DNA of 64,000 nucleotides. Source: Okamejei kenojei (lineage: Eukaryota). The notes beneath the pieces were generated by a model that worked only from the letters and a program-made list of their open reading frames with translations, was not told the origin of the DNA and did not search any database. The position numbers and the translations under genes are program-made. Positions 12,001 through 23,968 of the stretch are shown here, in pieces (position 1 is the stretch's first letter; every line of letters starts with the position of its first letter). The DNA lies in the NCBI GenBank assembly GCA_035221665.1, contig CM069159.1:19468001-19532000 (forward strand), in the 5' to 3' direction.

Positions 12001-15000
12001 ATTTATGGTTTACTTCCTTGATCTTTGTTCCAGAAAGTCATCTTAAGTAAGTATGCAGAGACCATCACCTGCTTTATATCTATAATTAAACATTTTTCTG
12101 AGGTAGCATTTCTATCTCACCGCCATTTAAATGGGCACCGGTCCAAAGTGGGCACTGTTCTTTGTTGTTCAGTGTATTATCCTCAAGTTATTTAAAACAC
12201 CGACATCTCTGTGCAATTGTGTACTTTGTAGTTGTGTTTAAGATTGATTTGCCTAAAGTGCAAATTTTCTGCCTGGATTAGAGTGTGTGAGAGAGGGTGG
12301 ACAGACTTGAATTGATTTCCCTGGAGTGTTGGAGGTTGAGGGGGCACCTGATGGAAGTGTATACATTTATGAAAAGCCTTGCTTGGGTCGACGGCAGAAC
12401 ATTGTTTCAGTGGAAATTTCAAAGCCTGGAGAGCATAGTGTTGTGAGTGGGGCAAGAAATAAAAGGGAAGTGTGGGGCAAGTGTTTTTACACAGAAGTTG
12501 GTGGGTGTTGCTAATGCGCTGCCATTGGTGGTGGTGGCGGCAGGTATAGTTGTGGTGTTTAAGAGGCTGTTAGCAAGGGATATGGATATGCGGGGTATGA
12601 ATCACATGGACGTAGAGGAGATTCATTTAACTTGGCATGGATACATAAAAACATTGAAACATAGAAAACAGGTGCTGGAGTAGGCCATTCGGCCCTTCGA
12701 GCTATCACTGCCATTCAATATGATCGAAGCTGATCATCCAAACTCTGTTCCCTGTTCCTGACTTTTCCCCTTATCTCTTGACTCCTTGAGTCCTAAGGGA
12801 TAAATCTAACTCTCTCTTGCAAAGTGGACATTGTGGGCCAAAGGGTAAGGTCCTGTGCTGAACTGTTCTATTTAAAAAAATTCTCATTTAACACTCTGCA
12901 CTAGATCAGATGAAATGTATGGTGAAGCCTTATCACTAACTATTAAAATCAAGAGCTGATATTTCTACTCCAAGTGACAATTTCAAATGCTGTGGCCTAT
13001 TGTCAAGATTTGGCCTGTATCACACTCATGAAGATTCACCTACACTTTCAAATTGGAGGTGAAATCTTCATAATATCTGAAAGTTTATATTCCTCCCCAC
13101 CCACCAAATCCCATAACCATACATACAGGATGGAACTGCAGATGCTGGTTTATACCAAAGATAGACACAAAATGTCGGAGTGACTGAGCGGGTCAAGCAG
13201 CATGTTTGGGGAAAAGGAATAGGTGACATTTCGGGTTGAGACCCTTCTTCATACCCCTTGCATGGTGGTAATTGAGAGAGATGGTAATAAACAGGATATA
13301 GCTCTAACCTCCAGAAAAAATGCAGGAAGAACTTGTTAGGATCATGATAAATTTGCATGAACATTTGCATTACTAATTTGCCACTTAGTCTTGATTTGAC
13401 CCAAAACAAATCTTTTGGCCTACTTGCTTCCTGCTATTCATATTTTTTCAAACAAAAAGCGATTGAGAAATAATTATTCCAATAACTCACAACTTATAAT
13501 CATAGTTGGCATCCATTATATTAATTCTTAATTAAACCACCCTAAGTTGCAAGAGATCAGTCCAATGAGCAATTGATTTTAGTTTGACTAGCTTTTGTAG
13601 ATTTTGTAAAGTTAATTGAGGAAGTCTTTGGAAACTGAAATCTCTCTCTGTCTTCCTGTTTCTTTTAAATTTAAATTCCTATAATACAGTTTCAGTTTGT
13701 GAAAATGCACTCTTGAAAACCGTTCATTTAGTCAGCCATAAAAAGCATGATTTATATTTCACATTTTATTTTAACAGCTGAAAATCTATGTGGTAAAAGA
13801 AGGGGGCTCATTGTGTAAACTTCCCAGTGCTGAGAGTAGTCATCACTGCTGACTGGCTCAAGTAAAGCACACGAGTCCCACTACCACAGTCAGCAAAATT
13901 CAAATAATTGTTTGAGATTGCATTTCTGATGTTAAAAATTACTGGAGGCAGAAGAGATGCCCTCTGATACCCTCTCGCCCTGCACATCTTTGAACTTTGT
14001 CCCACTCACTTTAAAACAATGCCCAATGATACCCTCTCGCCCTGCACATCTTTGAACTTTGTCCCACTCACTTTAAAACAACCTTCAATGTTTCCACTCT
14101 GGGGAAAACGGTCCTGACTGCCTACCCTTTCCGTGCCTCTCGTAATATTATATACTTGTATCAGGTCTCCTGCCAACTTCTGATGCGCTAGAACTAGGGA
14201 GTAAAATGTTGTGATTCTTCTGCAGATTTAGTTTAGATGCATGTTAATGATTTGGAGTAAAGCACAAAAACCTCTGCTGCCCAGAAAGATTTCTCCACTC
14301 CTACCCAGAGTGAAGAGAGGGAGGAGGAATGGTTATAGCTGGACTGCTTTGAGTTGGAGCTTGTAGACACTTGATGGGCCCAATAGTCACCTCCTGTGTT
14401 GTGACCATCGTCATAGCCTCATCAAAGCTTTGGCCCAAACATGGAAGAAAGAGTTGAATTTTCAAAATGAGACTTGAGTGACTGTCCTTGACATCAGGAC
14501 AGCGTTTTTGCTGAGTGTGACATTGGTTGAAACAATACAATTAATATCCATGAGTTTAAAAGGGAAGATACTTCCAGGGTTGGAGTTGTACCTCTCACTC
14601 AACCCAACCCCCCGATCTTACTCAATTGGATCCTCAAAAAGATGCCTGGGCCCAACCATCATCAGCATCTTCATCAATGACCTTCCTTCCATCAGTCGGT
14701 TGGGAAGTGGGAATATTTGCTCGTGATTGCACAGTGTTCAAGTTCAATTACAATTGTTGCCCCTCAGAAAATGAAGCCATCAACGACCATCAGCGCTAAA
14801 CAATACCAAAAAGTTGTGTATTATGTAGCAAATAACAGTGGTGCCACTAAAGTGAACATGCCCAACGTGGAAGTGTCTAACCATCAACAGATTCAGCAAA
14901 ATGACCATCACTGATCCTGCATATTGTAGACAGTTGGAACCTTTTTCCCAGGATAGAAAAGTTCAACACTAGAGGGCACAGCTATAAGGTGAGAGGGGAA

Positions 15001-18000
15001 GGTTTAATGGAGATGTTGGGGGCAACACAGGAGGTGTTTGGGGCCTGGAACTCATGCCAGGGGTGGTGATGGAGGCAGATACAATAGTGGCATTTAATAG
15101 GCTTTTAGATAGGCGCATGGAAGCGCTGGGAATAGAGGGACATCGATCATGTGCAGGCAGATGTGATCAGTGTAACTATGGCATCATTTTCAGCGCAGAT
15201 ATTATGGGCCGAAGGGCCTGTTCCTGTTCTGTGTTCTATATTCTACGGCCTATTGTCAAGCAATGGACCAATTGCATAAATTCCATGGCTACAAGACTAG
15301 GTCAGAGGCTGGCTATTGGATTGTGAGTGACTCTCCTACCAGCTGCTGGGCTCCCAACTCCCTCCTGGGAAGTCTGTCAACACTGCTGGTGCACAGGATG
15401 TGGGGTGGGGTTTGGAGGAAGAGGTGGGCAGAAAATGTGGAGGGATGGGGGTGAAACAGGGATTGTAAAATTGGGGTGTAACGGGTGGAAGTTGGGTGGA
15501 AGAATGGGTTCAGCTATTTTTGTTCAGCTAACTAGACGACACATGTTCCCTTAAGCCCAAATTGTGTGTCAACAAAAATCCCTAAGTAGGGACATCCTTG
15601 CTTTAAGATACATGAATCATTTTAATTTAAAATACAACACATGGGAGAAATTAATTTGAAACTACATATTGAATTTCTGGGCTATATTGTCTACTTCCTC
15701 AGCCAGTAAATCACAAAGCAGACAACTTTAACAATGTTGATGTGAACAATTACAATGAGCTCCACTCATGAAAGCATTCAATGGTAAATATTACTACATG
15801 CCTGTTCAATGGATGTAAGAGAAGATTAAACGTGTAGGAAGGAACTCAGATGCTGGTTTACACTGAATATAGACACAAAATGCTGGAGCTTCGTTGTCAC
15901 CTTCCTATAGCTTACAATGATCTATTCTCCATTTTCCTTGATATTTATCCCCTTTGATCTCTCATTTTCATTCCTTCCCCTTCCATATCACTCATTTCCC
16001 TCTCCCCTGACTCTCAATCTGAAGTAGAGTCTCGACCCGAAACGTCGGCCATTCCTTCGATCCGGAGATGCTGCTTCTGCCACATTTATTCCTGATGCCC
16101 CTTTTACTTACATTCTCACCAATCATAACCAGTGTGCAGATAAGGCCAATTAGTGTCTGACCTTGGAGTTGTTATTGAGCTCTTGTGGCTCGACCTTTTC
16201 GTGCGGCTGCTGGAGAGTTGCCAGCGGTGACTGTATGGAAAACCAACGTGGGCGTGAAGGCGCCACAGCTGCCTCCTCAGCCTCCGAGTCGTACAAGCCT
16301 GGCTTTGTCTGGCAGGTTGCTTCTACAGCCTGATCTTGTTTGGTACTGCAGTGTGGGAGGCCATTGACAGGAAGTGTTGGGGCCTTGTGACTTTGCCTGT
16401 TCGGTGGGTGAGGTAGTCAGTTGGTTCTCGACGTAGGCTGGCGTTAACTGGTCGATGGATACGGTGTCAGTTTTTCCATTCCGATAGATCACAAAACTTT
16501 TGGGTAGGCTTTGGATGACTTGGTAAGGGCCATTGTGTGCTTGCATAAGAGGTCGGTGGACGGCATTGTGTCGGACCAAAACGTGCACAGCGTTGGAGGT
16601 CAGCAGGCAGGTAGACCATTGCAGGTGTTCGCCGTGTCAGTGTTGGCCTGAGTAGCTGCATAGTTCATTGTAATCGATCGACATACCTGCTTGGATCATA
16701 GGATCTGTCTGCGGGGATTGGTTTGACAAATTTGCAAGGCAGCTTCAGAGTTGTGCGGTAAACCATTTCAGCCGATGAACATCCTAGGTCTGCTTTCACC
16801 GCCATACGAATGCCAAGCAGAACCAGAGGCAACTGTTCACTCCAGGCCGTTCGCTTGTTGATGATACGCAATCATTCGGATCTGGTTCGTACCCAAGAGG
16901 TCGGTTAGTGTTTGAAACAGAACGGACTCGAATTGCGGTCCACGGTCTGCTGCGATCATACTTGGGATCCCAAAGACCGAAATCCATCGGTCAACAAAAG
17001 CGCGGGCTATTGTTTCCGCAGAAATGTTGATAACTGGGATAGCATCTTGCCATCTTGTGAACACAAGTGAGCAGATATGTGTAGTTTCTTGACGGTGGGA
17101 GTGGGCCGACCAAGTCCAGGTGCACATGCTCAAAACGGATGTTCGATACACCATAAGGGGTCCTAGTGTGCCTGGAGATCATGGATTGTTGACACGGTAG
17201 ACATGTCTTCACCCATAATCCAATGTCATGCTTGATGAAAGGCCAGATGAAACTTTCAGAGAAACCTTCAGCTGCACATCTTGCCCGGCCGGATGTGATA
17301 AGTTGTGCAGCGCGCTGAAAACTTCTCGACACATCGTCCTAGGCACAAACGGCCTTGGTTTGCCAGTGGAAGTGTCACATATGATGGTTTCTCTCGTGTC
17401 ACCGATAGGTACATCTTCCAGTTTTAGGGCTGTATGTGTCCGGTGGTAATGGATAAGATCGGGATTAGTATGCTGCACGCGTGCCATGGCATAAAAATCA
17501 ATGAGTGTGGCCGCATTCAGAGCATCGACCTCCAGTCTTGATGGGGCATCGGCAACCGATTTGCTTTTACTTGAATGTGCCTGATGTCACTGTGGAGAAT
17601 TGCAGAATGATGTCCAAGTGGCGGATTTCCCGTGGTGAATCGTTCCCCACACTTGCACGAGTAGTGTATGTGAGCCGGTTGGTGATCCGTATAAATAGTG
17701 AATTGATGGCCTTCCAACAGGTGGTGGAAATGCTTGATGGCGAGGTTCATAGCCAAATGTTCTCGCCCGAACGTACTGTACTTCATCTGAGTCTGAGTGG
17801 GTGATAATTTTGCTGAAAAGAATGCCAGAGGCTCCCACCTGCCATTGACTCGCTGCTCCACGATGGCACCCATGGCGTTGACGGAGGCATCAGTGGTGAG
17901 TGAAAATAAGGCACTGGGCTTCTGATGGACCAGCAGTTGCGTTGGCGAGCGTCCTCTTAACAGGCGTTGAAGGCTTGCACAGCATCCTCGGGTAAACCAA

Positions 18001-21000
18001 CGGTTTCTTTGAAGACTATTTGTCTGAAACCTTTGAGACAAAGTTCTCAAGTTGGTAGAAAGCGGCAGTAGAAATTCATCATCCCCAAAAATCGGCATAA
18101 TTGATTTAACAAATTTGGTACTGGGCAGTTTCGGATTTCCTGCACCTTCGATTCACCGGGAAAGATTCCATTCTCAGTCACGTAATGCCCGAGGAAAGTG
18201 AGTACGCGAGCGCCAAACATGCATTTGTTCGTGTTAATGGCAATAACATATTCGTCAAGACGCCGGGACAATAATCCGAGGTGTTTCTTGTGTTCATCTT
18301 CGCTGGAGGTCGCTATCAACATGTCATTGATGTACGCGTAGAATAAACCGAGGCCGGAGAGTATATGGTCCATGAAACGCTGGAACGATTGTGCTGCGTT
18401 CCGCAACCCAAACGGCATCCGTAGAAATGCTGAGCTACTCTAGCATTTTGTGTCCATTTTAAGACTGATTTCTCCACCACCTACATGTATTTCCAGCTAT
18501 CTGCACAATATTTTTTGAATCAATCAAAAAATATTATATAATCATTCTGCTATGAAAGGATATTTTGAAAAGCAAAAACACTGCTGATTGCACTGGGTTG
18601 TAACAGATTTCATATCTTCAAAAAGCTCCAGGCGATTAGCACAATTTTTGCTCAGCTAGGGCTGTGATGGACTTTTCTGCCAACATAAATAATGCATTTC
18701 ATACTTCAGTGTTCCTTTTATGAAATCTGAACAGGTGTTTTGGAAATTCAAGTGATGTATTTCAAGTGACCTTGTCTGATTGATGTTTTCCATTTTATTA
18801 CAGTTGGCAGAATGTTACCTGGTTCTCATGGCATTTGTACAACAGCAGGTATGAATGTAAGGGCTTAGCTAATCTTTCAAATGGCGAAAAAAAAGCATTG
18901 TTGAATGTGGGAAATTACAAATTGCTTTGATGTAATTCAAGCTCCAGAACTCTTGCCGCCTCCTCATGGTATTGTGGAATCGTATAATGATACAGCACCA
19001 ATGTCGGCCCTTCCAGCTTACCCCGTCCACACCAACCATGTTACACTGCTAACCCCATTTGCCTGCATTAGGCTCATATTTCTTCCTATGTTTCCCTCCC
19101 AAGTATCTGTCCAAATACCTTTTCAACATGGTAATTGCATCCGTCTCCATTACCTGTCCTGGCAGCTCTTCCATAGATTCAGCACTATTGTACCAAACTT
19201 TCCCCTCAGATCTCCTTTAAAGTTCTCACTGTAAACCTGTGCCCTCTAGTTGTGGGTTCCACTGGGTTAAATTCTCCAATTATTTATCACATCAGTGCCC
19301 CTGATAATTGTATAATTGTTATTGAGGTCATCTCTCAACCTCATGTGATATTGTAATGATAAACCCTATCTAATCCCTCCATGTAACAACACAACTCAGT
19401 TCCAAGCAATGCTAATGAATCCCTTCAGTGTTTGCTTTATAGCTATTACATTTTTCCTGCCCTATGCTGACCAGAACTGTACATACTTATTGCAATCTAA
19501 CCAATATTTTGACTTTCCACCATCTGGAACCCACGTCAAGATTTTGATGGAACATCATTCATTTGCCAGAACACATTCCACCTGTCCAATAATATTCAGG
19601 ACAAATTAGCCTGCTTTATTGGCATGCACCAAAATGGAAACATAAGTGATTCACAAATGCACTACAATCCTCACCAAGGTTGTGTCTACACTTGACCTCA
19701 TCAAATAAAAAAAATGAGGGCAACAGACCATGGTGGACACTACCACCCTGTGTTTCCATAGAACAGTGCAATACAGGAACAGGCCCTTCAGCCTGCAATG
19801 CCTGTGGCGAACATAATGCCAAGTCCAACCCTTATCTGCCTGCACATAATCTCTATCCCTCCATATCCATGAGTTTATTCAAAAGTCTCTTTAATGCCAC
19901 TATCAACCTGCATCTTCCCTGGAAGTGTGTTCCAGGCACTCACTTCCCTCTGTGTAAAAAAACAACCTGCCCAGCACATCTCCTTTAAACTTTGCCCCTC
20001 ACCTTAGAGCTATGCCTTCTAGTGTTTGATATTTTAATACTATGTCAAGCACCAACTTGACTTGGAAATATTTCACAGTGCCTTTATCATCAAAGATTGA
20101 ATTCCTGGAAATTCCTCATCATTTCTTGAAAGTAAGCATGCAGGTACAGCAGGCAGTGAAGAAAGCTAATGGCATATTGGCCCACATAACAAGAGGAGTT
20201 GAGTATACAAGAAAAGAGATTCGTCTGCAGTTGTACATGGCCCTGGTGAGACCACACCTGAAGTATTGTGTGCAGTTTTGGCCTCCTAATTTGAGGAAGG
20301 ACATATGCTAAATGCAGGAAACGTGTTGTGGGAGTCCAGAACCAGGGGCCACAGTTGAGGAATAAGGGATAGGCCATTTAGAACTGAGTTGAGGAAAAAC
20401 CTTTTCACCCAGAGAGTTTTGTATTTGTGGAATTCATTGCCTCAGAAGGCAGTGGAGGCTGATTCACTAAATGCATTCAAAAGAGACTTAGATAGGGCTC
20501 TTGGGGCTAGCTGAATCAAGGGATATGGGGAGAAGGCAGGAACGCGGTACGAATTTGAGAATGATCAGCCATGACCACATTGAATGTCGGTGCTGGCTCG
20601 AAGGGCCGAAGGGCCTACTCCTGCACCTATTGTCTATGTAACTATGTAATTCCATTCACGAGAAGGATTGAAATAATTCCAGTATGCAGGAAAGAACTGC
20701 AGATGCTGATTTAGATCGAAGATAGACACAAAATGCTGGAGTAACTCAGTTGGGCAGGCAGCATCTCTGGATCCTGAGAGACAAATGGGGTGGACATTGA
20801 ATAACAGTGATGTCCACTTCACATAAAAAAATAATATTGCAACAGTAGGCTGAATCTCCAGGCATCTCATACAGCAGGAATTGTTAATTGCCCAACTCAT
20901 CCTCTGAAAATGCCCTTGATTGAATTTGTCCTCATTAAGGCGATGATTAAATTGTAAAGAAATCGACCATCAGATTAATTTGTATTATTGACGTGCTTTA

Positions 21001-21115
21001 GATGTTTTGAAAAATAATTTGTGTAATTCATGCAAAACTTTTATTCGTTTCAGGTCTATTCTTGCTGCTACTCCCACTTGCTGTGGCCATTTGGAATTTT
21101 CCAATCCTCTTGTAG
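6017..21115 (+). CDS. Putative GPI-anchored single-IgV protein, 165 aa (exons 6017-6083, 9412-9720, 13778-13792, 18804-18848, 21054-21115)
   Basis: All junctions are GT-AG and phase 1. Total 498 nt is open to a TAG. Architecture: signal peptide, V domain, short stalk, hydrophobic C-terminus, no cytoplasmic tail. Confidence 0.7.
7820..8545 (-). mobile_element. CR1 LINE 3' portion
   Basis: ORF 7902-8585: QRDLGVMVH...AVKKANGM...LYRALVRPHLEYCVQFWSP...RGDLIETYKI. Confidence 0.92.
9412..9720 (+). CDS. IgV-like domain exon
   Basis: SIKHLKATLVSGKRGSLKCPHS...ISYWNK...TICY...QGCTGFQLLVKEEEITLTIAEVKYSDSGNYTGYLYTKDEHFECKVNLLVRQ. B-strand Cys, C-strand Trp and the LTI..V..SDSG.Y motif are present. 309 nt, phase 1/1. 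Confidence 0.9.
10040..10730 (-). mobile_element. Older CR1 LINE 3' fragment
   Basis: LDRLGLFSLEHRRLRGEL and FTQRVVSTWSAL remnants. Similar decayed pieces at ~11130-11620, ~12280-12870, ~13900-14190, ~14930-15245 and ~18970-20040. Confidence 0.75.
13778..13792 (+). CDS. Candidate 15-nt micro-exon (AENLC)
   Basis: cattttattttaacag|CTGAAAATCTATGTG|gtaaaa; symmetric phase 1, so it can be included or skipped without changing frame. Confidence 0.5.
16170..18425 (-). mobile_element. Degenerate Ty3/Gypsy pol fragment (RT-RNaseH-integrase), no LTR recognised
   Basis: MPFGLRNAAQSFQRFMD...YINDMLI (RT), LTTDAS..GAIVEQ..WEPLAFFS (RNase H), HVHLDLVGPLP / DRGPQFES / YHQQANGLE (integrase); multiple frameshifts. 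Confidence 0.92.
18804..18848 (+). CDS. Stalk / GPI omega-region exon (VGRMLPGSHGICTTA)
   Basis: ttttccattttattacag|...CAGCAG|gtatga; 45 nt, phase 1/1, open frame. Confidence 0.65.
20128..20640 (+). mobile_element. CR1 LINE 3' fragment with internal deletion
   Basis: KVSMQVQQAVKKANGILA...LVRPHLKYCVQFWPP followed by the CR1 3' end. Confidence 0.85.
21054..21115 (+). CDS. Terminal hydrophobic exon GLFLLLLPLAVAIWNFPILL* (GPI-signal-like)
   Basis: cttttattcgtttcag| acceptor in phase 1; 20 uncharged, mostly hydrophobic residues ending at TAG. Confidence 0.75.
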
Positions 21116-23235
21116 AAACGCAAATGTCGCGAGAGACCGAGTTCTGAAAATCTGCAGTTCTTGAAATATAACTTACCATTCAAGTAATGTGCAATATAAA
21201 GTGGATATTTGCAAAACATGCTCCAGCAACATTTCAATTAAAGTAATCTGAGGGACAATCCTGAAAAGTTGCAATACAACGTACCACTTTCGGCCTGTGT
21301 GCATGACATTTTGGGCCGTATATTGAACTGTTACATTCCTTTGCCTATTGTGATATGAGGGCATTTCAGCAGGGAATGAATTATGATTTGTAATGCTTCT
21401 GTGCATTTTCCTAAGTTAAGCATCCATGACATCTTAAAGTTACAGGCCATATTCTGCGAACAGTGTTTTGACATTTTATTGTGCGCTAATGAGATTGATT
21501 TATTTTTACATCAAATAATTTAATTGTCTTTTCAAATATTTTGATTTTGTGAGGCTCCAGAAGGTAATATATAAATGTAGGACTGGATATAAAAATACAA
21601 ATTTCAAAAACAATGGTTAGTGACAATAGTTAGTGGTATTTGTCATTTAAAAAGTCCTTCCAAGTCTCTCCAGACTGAATGTGTTTATTGGTTCAGTGAA
21701 TGCCAATACAGCAAGATTTAGTTTGTGGTGAACTACTTCCCATTGAGGCAAACTTTGTCTTTTACGTTTTGTTTTAAAAGATGAAACTGTAATTAGTAAA
21801 ATTAATTTCATTATTTTTAACAAAGCAGGTAAAACTTAAAATAAAAAATGTTGACTTTGAACTCACAAGTCAGAGGTATAGTGGAAGTTTGGAGAAGGGT
21901 AAGTAGGGACTTCTCTCTGCTTCCATAATCTGCTGTGATTACGGCCTACACGTTTATCCAATCACAACAAGGACATTTGAAGCCCTATATACAGATCTGT
22001 TTAACATTTATTCAAACATTACAGAACCAAAATAGTTCAGGTCATTTCTAATTTGGAATTGACATTATTTCCTGTCCATCATACCAAATATATGAATTAA
22101 AATATTTTTGTGAACTAAACTCGGTAATTTTTGCTCTTGGATTGAGTGAATCTGTGCTAACTGTGAGAGCAAATAACTATGGTACTCTGGAAATGGGGTT
22201 GGACAAGCAAATTATGGTGATGAAACTAATCTTCTGTAAAGGTTGCTAGTTTGCTCACATCCAACAGTTGTACTGATCAAGTGAACCAAAATAATTCGGG
22301 TCATTTCTAATTTGGATCACCATCAAATCATGTGATAAAATTGAAGTGCCGATCTGACTCTTATTTAAAATTAAAAGTTCATACAAGTGAATCTGCGGTT
22401 CAACATCATATTAACAATCAACATTTTCCAAGCCCACCATTGAATCGGAGTACCTAGTCCAATGATCGCATTCCCAGTGGCAGCAAATGGTCGTTCTAAG
22501 CTGGGGACGGCCTATTTATACACTACGCCAACAGGAAATAAGTATGAAGAAATAGTCTTATCTCATCTTGCTATGGATAATTCATAATAGTTCTGACGTT
22601 TTAAACTCAGATTTTAATTGTAACAGTAACAATAACATTTGTGACATCATGTTTCGTATATGTCTGTATCTGTGTCTTGTGAATTGTGCATTTGTCACAG
22701 GTGAATTTAAGAATAGTTCTAATGTTGTGTTGCATGTATTGTTCCCTGTGACAGATGCTTGGGAATATGTACATTTTGATTTTTGGGATCTAATCACTCC
22801 TGTTGCATTCTCAACGTAATCAATATATCTTCAGAAGCTGAACAGACTCTTGCATTAATATTGAAAATCTGTGAAATTACATTTTTTTGTGATAAAGTTG
22901 CAGGTCAAAGTAAATTCAAAAAAAGATTATATTTTGTCTGGTCCTCTGCACATCAATCACTGTAGTGTGATCCACTACCAATAGCCTTGAAACAAAATAC
23001 CCTGAGGACCTATTCATCATAGTTTGGGCTAGACCAGGCCGACCTCTAGAGTGTGCTACCAAGATACTATCAGCACATATCCTGCCCTACCAGAGGCTCA
23101 AACGCCCTTGAACACAGTGACACAGCTATCGAAGACATCTATCACTCCATCTGACTTACACACTCTGCTCCTCTTTCCTGCATACAAGAAGAAACTGAAT
23201 CAATAGCATTTGGTATTGAAAGTCGTACAGTATTT

Positions 23236-23968
23236 CAATCTCAGAAGAAGAATGGCATCATATGTGTGTAACACTACAGACATCCACCAATTGACAAAAT
23301 TGTAGAGAATTTAATTGGAAAAATTTGATTTGTTTCTTTATTATGCCTAACATAAAAAGCAAGCAAATTCTAAGGCAGCAAACATGCTGGAGGCAATGTG
23401 GTCAAACAGATGCAAACCATGCAAATATCTTCTGGAGTTGCCCAAAAATAGAAACATTTTGGGACTGAGTGAATTCAGAATTAACGGAGGTATTAGGATA
23501 TATAGTCTGCAAGAAGTGTTCCATTTTATACCTGGGTAATATAACTACAGTGGTGCTGAAGGAAGACCATTACTTGGTTAAAATCCTACTCACAGCTGGC
23601 AGAAAGGCCATTACAAGAAACTGTCTCGCAGCGGACACACCCAGACTAAGACAATGGTTAGACATAGTACAGGAAATATTTGTCATGGAGAAAATGACAT
23701 ATTCTCTAAGAGTGAAAGAAGACGAGTTTAACAGAAAATGGGAAAAATGGATCAGGAATAGAAGTAAAGACATCAACACTGTAAAATTTTATAGACAATA
23801 ATGTAAGTTATTGGAAAATGTTTTAATATGAAAATAGTTCTATATACTGCATCATTAATTGTAAACTGAACCCCCCGCTACACTGTTGTACGTTTCATTG
23901 TAATGTTGTATGTTTCGTTGTTATATTTGTGTATACATAAAGGCAATAAAAACTAAAGTGGAAAAAAA
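23236..23968 (+). mobile_element. 5'-truncated L1/Tx1-like LINE with target-site duplication
   Basis: ORF2 C-terminal-like ILLTAGRKAITRNC...QWLDIVQEIFVMEKMTY...KWEKW, then AATAAA and an A-rich tail. 18-bp TSD GAAAGTCG(T/G)ACAGTATTT at 23218-23235 and 23969-23986. Confidence 0.8.

Noticed and set aside
13965-14081. 62-bp tandem duplication
   Set aside because: Simple local duplication within a decayed CR1 fragment; only two units, not an array.
21781-21828. Open 48-nt phase-1 exon candidate (DETVISKINFIIFNKA), and a candidate last exon near 24826 (ADVAINFALTKL*)
   Set aside because: Both lie after the better-supported hydrophobic terminal exon, in AT-rich sequence where chance splice signals are common. 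Not excluded as alternative 3' ends.
22462-22586. Short ORF containing a YEEI (SH2-like) motif
   Set aside because: In-frame stop just upstream, no good acceptor, and no TM exon to connect it to.
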